Shown one piece after another: positions 59,092 through 64,000 of a stretch of DNA of 64,000 nt; within the stretch, counting starts at the first letter, position 1; the number at the start of each line of letters is the position of its first letter. The notes below the pieces were generated by a model, which was not told the origin of the DNA, ran no database searches, and saw only the letters and a list, made by a program, of their open reading frames with translations. A program made the translations under genes and the position numbers. Source of the stretch: an uncultured delta proteobacterium (lineage in GTDB: Bacteria; Desulfobacterota; Syntrophia; Syntrophales; UBA2185); NCBI GenBank assembly GCA_963729715.1, contig CAVSPA010000007.1, forward strand, positions 128,001 to 192,000, given 5' to 3'.

Positions 59092-61065
59092 TTATCTGCC
59101 CGGATATGCGGGAAGGGAGATAATGAAAGTCGCTCCCTTTCCGGGCCTGCTTTCCGCATCGATGATGCCATTGTGCTTCCTGATGATGCCATAAACTATG
59201 GGAAGTCCAAGGCCCGTCCCTTGGCCGGGTTCCTTTGTTGTAAAGAAAGGTTCGAAAATATGTGGGAAATCTTTTTCTTCTATTCCTTTGCCGGTGTCTG
59301 CGATCAGGATCTTCACTGAATTGTCGGCACCCTGCATAGTGGTAATCGTTAACGTCCCTCCGCCTTTCATGGCATCGGCGGCATTGATGAAGAGATTCAG
59401 AAATACGTCTTCCAGCCTGGACTTGTCGCCCATGACTTCAGGAAGGTTTTCTGCGAGATGGGTGTTTATTTCTATGCCGTGGAACATTACCTGGTCCTTT
59501 ACCAGACTGAGGGAACTCTCAATGACGCCGTTTATATGGAAAGGCAGCATCTCGCCTGTCGGCGTCCGGGCAAAGTCAAGCAGGCTCTCGACGATCCTCT
59601 TTGACCTGTTCGTCTGGTAAATTATCTTCTGCATATTTTCCCTTGCAGGAGAATCTTCCGGAATATCTTCGAGAACGAGGTTGCTGTAAAGGAGTATACC
59701 GCCCAGCGGGTTGTTTATCTCGTGGGCCACACCTGCCGCCATTTCACCCAGTGCCGTGAGCTTCTCCGTCCTGGCCAGTTGCTGATGAGCCCTGTGAAGC
59801 ATTTCATTGTGATTCTTTAGGGATTTCGACATATAATTGAACGCCTCATCAAGCATGTCAAATCCAGACATTTTGTCAGGCGATAATTTATAATCGAGAT
59901 TGCCGGCGGCTATAGACTCCGCGGCCTCCTTCAGCATGCGTATGCGTTTTATTATGGTGTCCCCCAGTCTAAATGAGATGATAAAGGCGATGATCATGCC
60001 GAGAGATGTAATACCCAGGTTGATCCAGATGGTATTCCATTTTATGTCTCTGTACTTTGCCTCCAGAATGCCCACATAGAGCGCCCCTATGAGCTTCTTC
60101 TCTATGTCGTAGATGGGGGTATAGGTGGTTATGTACCAGTCATTAACTACGAATGCCCTGCCGACCCAGTCTTTGCCTTCCACTATGACCCTGTCATATA
60201 CTTCCTTGGACAACATAGTGCCGACGGCCCTCTCGTTGTCTTTCGTCATAACGTTGGTGGATATTCTCACCCCACCCTGAAATATGGTTGCCACACCCAT
60301 TTCACGGCCCTTATACTTTTCACCCTGGTATACGGTTTCCTTTATCTTGTCCACAATCTCATAGTCCTTGTTAAGGAGAACCCCTCCGATTATAGCGCCG
60401 ATTAATCTCTTACTCCCATCAAGAATAGGATATGCTGCCATCATTACCATGCCGCGGGAGAGTCGCTTCTCACTCGATTCAAAAGAGAGAGGAGTTTTTA
60501 TGATTTCTATCCCGACCCGCCCGGCAAGATTAGGGTTTTCCCTGATGATATCATCGATGGGTATGAGTTCCGAAGATGCCTGCGTAGATTTCTTTTCTAT
60601 GCAGTTTTTCACAACTGGCTCCCAGAGCATACTGTCTCCCCTTATTTTCGGGTTCGCCGCCCTGTAGAGGACACGCCCTTGGGCATCGACGACCAAAAGG
60701 ATATCGAGGAACACGTCACCGTCCTGGGCCTGCGTCCCTCCCTCATGCCGGATTAAGCCTTTCAGGTTCTCCATTTTGGGGATGTCATGGCTGGCTATCG
60801 TTGTATGCAGGTTTACCGCTTCTGCCGCAAATTCAATCTGGGAAGTTATCTTTTCCAGCGTCACTCTGTAGATTAGTTTTGCTGTATTGATGTCTTGTCT
60901 GACCCGGTTTTGCACTTCGTCTATTGTACTCTTATTAATTGTCCATATGCCGATGACGGTGGCTGTGAGCCCGGTGATACATGTTGCAATCAGGAATCCC
61001 ACTATCAGGCGGCGCCGGAGATCGAGCTTGAAAAGTTGACTCACCAGCCTGTCGACAAATTTCAT
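59092..61065 (-). CDS. Membrane sensor histidine kinase (Cache + HAMP)
   Basis: Two TM helices, periplasmic ATIFQGGVRISTNV...YTPIYD Cache domain, AHEINNPL, NAADAM, GTGLGL. Confidence 0.93.
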   Translation of the reverse strand: MKFVDRLVSQLFKLDLRRRLIVGFLIATCITGLTATVIGIWTINKSTIDEVQNRVRQDINTAKLIYRVTLEKITSQIEFAAEAVNLHTTIASHDIPKMENLKGLIRHEGGTQAQDGDVFLDILLVVDAQGRVLYRAANPKIRGDSMLWEPVVKNCIEKKSTQASSELIPIDDIIRENPNLAGRVGIEIIKTPLSFESSEKRLSRGMVMMAAYPILDGSKRLIGAIIGGVLLNKDYEIVDKIKETVYQGEKYKGREMGVATIFQGGVRISTNVMTKDNERAVGTMLSKEVYDRVIVEGKDWVGRAFVVNDWYITTYTPIYDIEKKLIGALYVGILEAKYRDIKWNTIWINLGITSLGMIIAFIISFRLGDTIIKRIRMLKEAAESIAAGNLDYKLSPDKMSGFDMLDEAFNYMSKSLKNHNEMLHRAHQQLARTEKLTALGEMAAGVAHEINNPLGGILLYSNLVLEDIPEDSPARENMQKIIYQTNRSKRIVESLLDFARTPTGEMLPFHINGVIESSLSLVKDQVMFHGIEINTHLAENLPEVMGDKSRLEDVFLNLFINAADAMKGGGTLTITTMQGADNSVKILIADTGKGIEEKDFPHIFEPFFTTKEPGQGTGLGLPIVYGIIRKHNGIIDAESRPGKGATFIISLPAYPGR

Positions 61066-61268
61066 CGTGTATTCCTCAGTGTCCTACTGCAGTAATGTTG
61101 CTAACCTGATGAAATTATATCACGACATAAATATTATGACAATCAGTCTGATGATAAGCATTTCGCCCGTTGAGAGTTGATATATTTTTTCTGTTTTATT
61201 ATTATTTTTTTTCAACTAAGATATCTCACGCGGCCTCTAAATACTTTTTTATTTAATGGGGTGAGCAT

Positions 61269-62135
61269 TTGCTGCCAACAGAGAGTTTATCCATACACGC
61301 AATCAATTATGAAATCCCCATCAGGGTCGGAGCTTTCGCGGCCATTTTTATCTGCATGTTCGCCTTTGAGCTGCTCTCGCCACGCCGCAGACTTACTACG
61401 TCGAAGATGTTCAGGTGGTTCAATAATCTTTCCATGCACGTGCTAAACACCGTCATGGTCAGGGGGCTGTTCCCAGTCATTCCGATAACCGTGGCCATTC
61501 TTGCCGCCGAGAAGGGCTGGGGGCTCATCAATTTCTATCACCTGCTCCCATGGTCCGCGATCATTATCGGCGCTGTCTCCCTCGATTTCGTCATCTATCT
61601 ACAACACGTCGCATTTCATACTGTACCCATATGCTGGCGCCTGCATATGGTACACCATACAGACATGGACATTGACATGACGACAGGGGTGCGTTTCCAT
61701 CCCGTGGAAATAATTCTCTCCATGTTCATCAAAATGGCCGCCGTAATCTTATTGGGAGCGCCTCCTCTTGCGGTCCTGATATTCGAAGTGGCCTTGAACG
61801 GCGGCTCTATCTTCACTCACGGCAATGTTTACATCCCCGGCCCCGTGGATAAGGCGCTCCGGGTATTTTTTGTGACCCCCGATATGCATCGCGTGCATCA
61901 CTCCGTCATCATGCGTGAGACGAACACCAACTTCGGCTTCAACCTGTCATGGTGGGACCGCATTATGGGAACCTATCAGGACCAGCCATCGGCAGGGCAT
62001 GAAGAGATGACGATCGGTCTCGGTTATTTCCGTGACGAAAAGAAGCTCTCGCTTCTGTGGCTCCTCTTCCTGCCGCTTACAAGAAAGAAGATAAGGAATC
62101 TCATCAACCCTGTGAGACAAGAGAAAGATTTATGA
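61269..62135 (+). CDS. Sterol desaturase / fatty acid hydroxylase family protein
   Basis: His boxes QHVAFH, LHMVHH, FTH and MHRVHHS. Start (TTG) uncertain. Confidence 0.88.
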   Translation: MLPTESLSIHAINYEIPIRVGAFAAIFICMFAFELLSPRRRLTTSKMFRWFNNLSMHVLNTVMVRGLFPVIPITVAILAAEKGWGLINFYHLLPWSAIIIGAVSLDFVIYLQHVAFHTVPICWRLHMVHHTDMDIDMTTGVRFHPVEIILSMFIKMAAVILLGAPPLAVLIFEVALNGGSIFTHGNVYIPGPVDKALRVFFVTPDMHRVHHSVIMRETNTNFGFNLSWWDRIMGTYQDQPSAGHEEMTIGLGYFRDEKKLSLLWLLFLPLTRKKIRNLINPVRQEKDL

Positions 62136-62812
62136 GTGTGAAAGCGAAAGACAGATGCCTGATCATGTTTGTCAGGTTTCCCGATCAAGGTCTGGTAAAA
62201 TCGAGACTCGCAAAAGACCTCGGTGCGGAGGCGGCGAAAAACCTCTACCGCTGCTTCGTGGAAGATCTATTGGAGAGGTTTTCAGGAAAATATTACAGCT
62301 TCCGCCTCGCATTTCATCCCCCGGAGAAAGAACGCGAGATGAAAGAAATGCTGGGCGATAAATTTTCTTACATCCCGCAGGCGGGAGATGATCTCGGTGA
62401 GAGAATGAAACTTGCCTTTTTAAGATGTTTCTCGGAAGGGGCTCGGTCCGTTGTTTTAATCGGGAGCGATATTCCAGACCTGCCGGCACGGATCGTTGAT
62501 GAGGCATTTCGCGCCCTCGATGAAAAAGACGCAGTAATCGGCCCTGCTGCCGACGGTGGTTATTACCTGATCGGATTCAAGCGGGACACTGTCATCGGGA
62601 ACGTCTTTCCTGGGATCCACTGGGGAACTGATGCGGTCTTCCGAAAGACCATGGAGATTTTGCACGAAGCCGGGACGCTCGTGCACGTGCTTCCCGTGTG
62701 GCGGGACATCGACAGATACGAAGACATAGCGGCCCTCATCAAAAACAGTAAGGATACAGGATTTACGAACTCCAGGACTATGCTGTATCTAAAGACCATA
62801 GACCTTGCATAA
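62132..62812 (+). CDS. DUF2064 / TIGR04282-type glycosyltransferase-like protein
   Basis: VKSRLA, QAGDDLGERM, IGSDIP, GPAADGGYYLIG, DID. Confidence 0.85.
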   Translation: MSVKAKDRCLIMFVRFPDQGLVKSRLAKDLGAEAAKNLYRCFVEDLLERFSGKYYSFRLAFHPPEKEREMKEMLGDKFSYIPQAGDDLGERMKLAFLRCFSEGARSVVLIGSDIPDLPARIVDEAFRALDEKDAVIGPAADGGYYLIGFKRDTVIGNVFPGIHWGTDAVFRKTMEILHEAGTLVHVLPVWRDIDRYEDIAALIKNSKDTGFTNSRTMLYLKTIDLA

Positions 62813-62818
62813 TATCTC

Positions 62819-63505
62819 ATGATGCCGAAATTTTCTTTCATCATCCCTGTATGGAACGAAGATGCGATCATCGCCCGCACGGTTGAGCATGTCCGTGCTC
62901 TCGGCGCCTCCGGCGGCACGGAAATAATTGTCGTCGATGGAGACCCGGCGGGGATAACGATCAAGGTTGCCCATCAGGCGGGTGTGAAAACTGCAATCTC
63001 GGAGACAGGGCGCGGAAAGCAAATGAATCTCGGGGCGGCCCTTGCGGAAGGCGAGATCCTGATTTTTCTCCATGCCGATACCCTCCTTCCCTCCAATGCC
63101 CTCAAGCTCATACAAACGGCAATGGATGACAGCTCCTTCGTGGCCGGGGCATTCGATTTGGCAATCGCTTCAGAGAGGCCGGTATTCAGATTGATTGAGA
63201 AGGCGGCATCCATCCGGTCGCGCCTGACGAGGATACCGTACGGGGATCAGGCGATCTTCATGAGGAAGAGAAATTTCCAGGACCTCGGCGGCTTCAGGAA
63301 CATCCCCATCATGGAAGATGTGGAGATCATGCAGAGGATCAAGAAACGGAAAGGAAAGATATGCATCCTGCGAGAGGCCGTGAGCACTTCCCCACGGCGG
63401 TGGGAGAAAGGGGGCATCGTCTACACGACCATCAGGAACTGGCTTCTTCTTTCTCTTTACCTGTGCGGCGTCAAACCGGAAAGCCTCGTCCGTTTCTACC
63501 GATAG
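62819..63505 (+). CDS. GT2 glycosyltransferase, TIGR04283 type
   Basis: IIPVWNE, GRGKQMNLGA, FLHADT, PYGDQAIF, PIMED, TSPRRW. Confidence 0.88.
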   Translation: MMPKFSFIIPVWNEDAIIARTVEHVRALGASGGTEIIVVDGDPAGITIKVAHQAGVKTAISETGRGKQMNLGAALAEGEILIFLHADTLLPSNALKLIQTAMDDSSFVAGAFDLAIASERPVFRLIEKAASIRSRLTRIPYGDQAIFMRKRNFQDLGGFRNIPIMEDVEIMQRIKKRKGKICILREAVSTSPRRWEKGGIVYTTIRNWLLLSLYLCGVKPESLVRFYR

Positions 63506-63543
63506 GCCGAAGTCTTCAACTGTTCCGCCCTGCACCCTGTTCC

Positions 63544-64000
63544 CTACCTGCGGTCGAAGTTCTTTCCAACACTCCAAGCCTTGCCCGCGTTTTCACCAAT
63601 CTTCCAGAAATTGTTGTCGGGCATGGTCAGTGTGAAAGGACTGATCTTCCTGATGTCGGGCTTGCCATCCGTAAGATAACGCTCCTCAGTGTATGTCCCC
63701 ATTATCTCACCGATGAAGAGGCTGTTTGTCGGCAGATCCACAGTATTGACGAGCCTGCATTCCATGGAGAGCGGGCACTCCCTGATCATGGGGGCGCCGG
63801 GAAGTTCACCGTAAAAAACATCGAACACCTTCGACTTGTCGGTCTTCTCACCCGATACGATGCCGCAGTAATCGACCTTCTCGAGGAGATCAATGCCCGG
63901 AACATTCACGCTGAAGGCCTTGTTCTTTTCGATGCCTGCGTTTGTGTAATGAGATCTTCCGAGGGCAACGGCCATCATGGGCGGTTTGAAGTTCACCCGC
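63544..64000 (-). CDS. Flavin reductase family protein (flavoredoxin-like), 5' end outside window
   Basis: FSVNVP, DYCGIVSG, APMIRECPLSMECRL, FIGEI. Confidence 0.85.
   Translation of the reverse strand, partial: RVNFKPPMMAVALGRSHYTNAGIEKNKAFSVNVPGIDLLEKVDYCGIVSGEKTDKSKVFDVFYGELPGAPMIRECPLSMECRLVNTVDLPTNSLFIGEIMGTYTEERYLTDGKPDIRKISPFTLTMPDNNFWKIGENAGKAWSVGKNFDRR

Noticed and set aside
1..64000. CRISPR arrays, tRNA/rRNA genes, prophage or defence systems
   Set aside because: No regularly spaced direct repeats, cloverleaf or rRNA signatures, or phage/defence genes recognised by eye. A tool scan could still find small RNAs.

Overview
64 kb of bacterial chromosome with mostly metabolic content. 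The gene set suggests an anaerobic, fatty-acid-oxidising Desulfobacterota/Syntrophales-like organism (inference from gene content only). It includes a fadI-fadJ-acyl-CoA ligase-acyl-CoA dehydrogenase beta-oxidation operon, a membrane pyrophosphatase, a split B12 acyl-CoA mutase with MeaB, CoA-transferases, an acetate channel and housekeeping genes (trxB, lgt, glk, tkt, tatA). No rRNA, tRNA or CRISPR array was recognised. The most notable region is about 45.6-61 kb. It holds a group-3c (MvhDGA-type) [NiFe]-hydrogenase operon led by a GltD/NfnB-like flavoprotein-ferredoxin fusion rather than HdrABC, with an intact IS630-transposase-derived HTH ORF inside the operon. A sigma54 promoter and tandem GGGG-N7-CCCC sites sit upstream of the operon, and the same arrangement recurs with identical spacing inside the neighbouring two-component cascade. 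Also seen: a dispersed TTGAA...TTCAA miniature element family, one copy of which interrupts the acyl-CoA ligase gene and supplies a new RBS and start codon; a shared promoter signature upstream of three acyl-CoA loci; several gene remnants; and small proteins missed by the ORF track.
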